NCBI GenBank assembly: GCA_964016885.1 | Contig: OZ024746.1 | Coordinates: forward strand, 72,664,001 to 72,728,000 | Direction: 5' to 3' | Source of the DNA: Eledone cirrhosa | Lineage: Eukaryota | DNA length: 64,000 bases | In this document: piece by piece, positions 62,985-64,000 of the stretch | How positions within the stretch are numbered: the first letter of the stretch is position 1 | How the letters are laid out: every line of letters starts with the position of its first letter | Notes under the pieces: model-generated | Database searches by the model: none | Told to the model about the DNA's origin: nothing | What the model saw: the letters and a program-made list of their open reading frames with translations, nothing else | Program-made: the position numbers and the translations under genes

Positions 62985-63365
62985 ATGTGTTGAGGTGTCA
63001 ATACATATCTAATATGTATGATCATGTTTCTCAAAAACTCAAGGGATCTTGGTTCAGAGTGTTAATTATTGTTCAAATTTAAAAGATACATGTAGAGAAA
63101 GAGTCATATATTGTTTGAGAAACGTACCATTTGTACATGTACATGTATAGAGAGATCAAATAATATTCAGGAAAATGGTAAAAAGGTCGATGATTGTTTT
63201 ATCATCTTAAAGTATGTATATTTTCCTAAATATTATTTGATGTCTCTCTTTCTCTCTCGAGGTGTACAAAATGCTGTTTCTCAAACGATATATGACTTTC
63301 TCTCTATAAATTTATATTATATATATATATATAGAAGTGGTTACACAACAGTTAGTTCACCATAC

Positions 63366-63403
63366 CGAGAACAATTGTTTCACCTTAGCGGATCCTCAGC
63401 TCG
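63366..63403 (-). ncRNA. Minimal hammerhead ribozyme
   Basis: CGAG CTGAGGA T-CC-GCTAA-GG-T GAAAC AATT GTT CTCG; palindromic stem III ACAATTGT; stem II is very short. Confidence 0.62.
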
Positions 63404-63450
63404 TAATGGACCATTACGAGCTGAGGATCAGCTAAGGTGAAACAATTGTT
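63370..63450. repeat. 81-bp palindrome with a hammerhead core on each arm
   Basis: Symmetric about A63410 with one mismatch; the + arm has CTGAGGA...GAAACAATTGTT but has lost the 3' strand of stem I. Confidence 0.88.
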
Positions 63451-64000
63451 TTCTACCTCATCCCATGGACTGAGTGCTCTACCACTACGGATATTACCTT
63501 CCAGTGTTCTACCACTATATATATATTTATACACACACGTTTAGTAAAGAGTAAAAATTTACAGGAAAAAAAACAAAAACCCTATTACATTTATATATCC
63601 GTAATATCAAATGTTTATTAGGGATTTATAACACCAAAATATCCATAAAATTTGGCTACGAATTTGATATTCAGATACTAGCTTAAGAACATTATCAAGA
63701 TGACTCCTAATTAGTAATTATCCTTGCACTAATTAATTCTCATATACGAAAGGAATATAGCATATTACCAGTAACCATTTGGTTCCAGTAGTTAACTACT
63801 GCATTTTTATTTTTATTAAATAGACTGGAATGAAAATAGGATGTGATGATGGTCATACTTTTCTGTGAAATAAAATCGACGTGCAAAATCCACATCTACA
63901 AGAAATATATACCAAATCACTCCATACTGCGTTTAAATTGGGGACTGAATTTTAGCCCTTCCGTTACTATTTAAGTCTATTCAGAGCTGACGTACAATGG

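Overview
AT-rich, repeat-dense animal genomic DNA. The SINE/RTE tails, (TA)n load and element mix suggest an octopus/cephalopod, but that is an inference. Two host genes are supported. One is a three-exon inward-rectifier K+ channel (+, 6725-14243, 377 aa) with Kir7.1-like departures from the Kir consensus. The other is an intronless hnRNP A/B-family gene (-, 48927-49787) beside an apparent bidirectional YY1/E2F promoter (47.8-48.4 kb). Most of the rest is transposon-derived: RTE, CR1/L2-like, Tx1/L1, CRE-like, DD37D Tc1/mariner, Merlin, Helitron, MITEs and tRNA-SINEs, plus a ~12 kb (TA)n-based array. The most striking unannotated signal is a set of minimal type I hammerhead ribozyme motifs (CTGANGA-stem II-GAAA-palindromic stem III-UH), about 9 cores from about 5 sequence families. 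Six of them lie in three near-perfect DNA palindromes with 1-nt centres, each carrying two divergent ribozymes, and one lies in sense orientation inside a Kir intron. The long Y/I/M-rich ORFs in the track are microsatellite artefacts.
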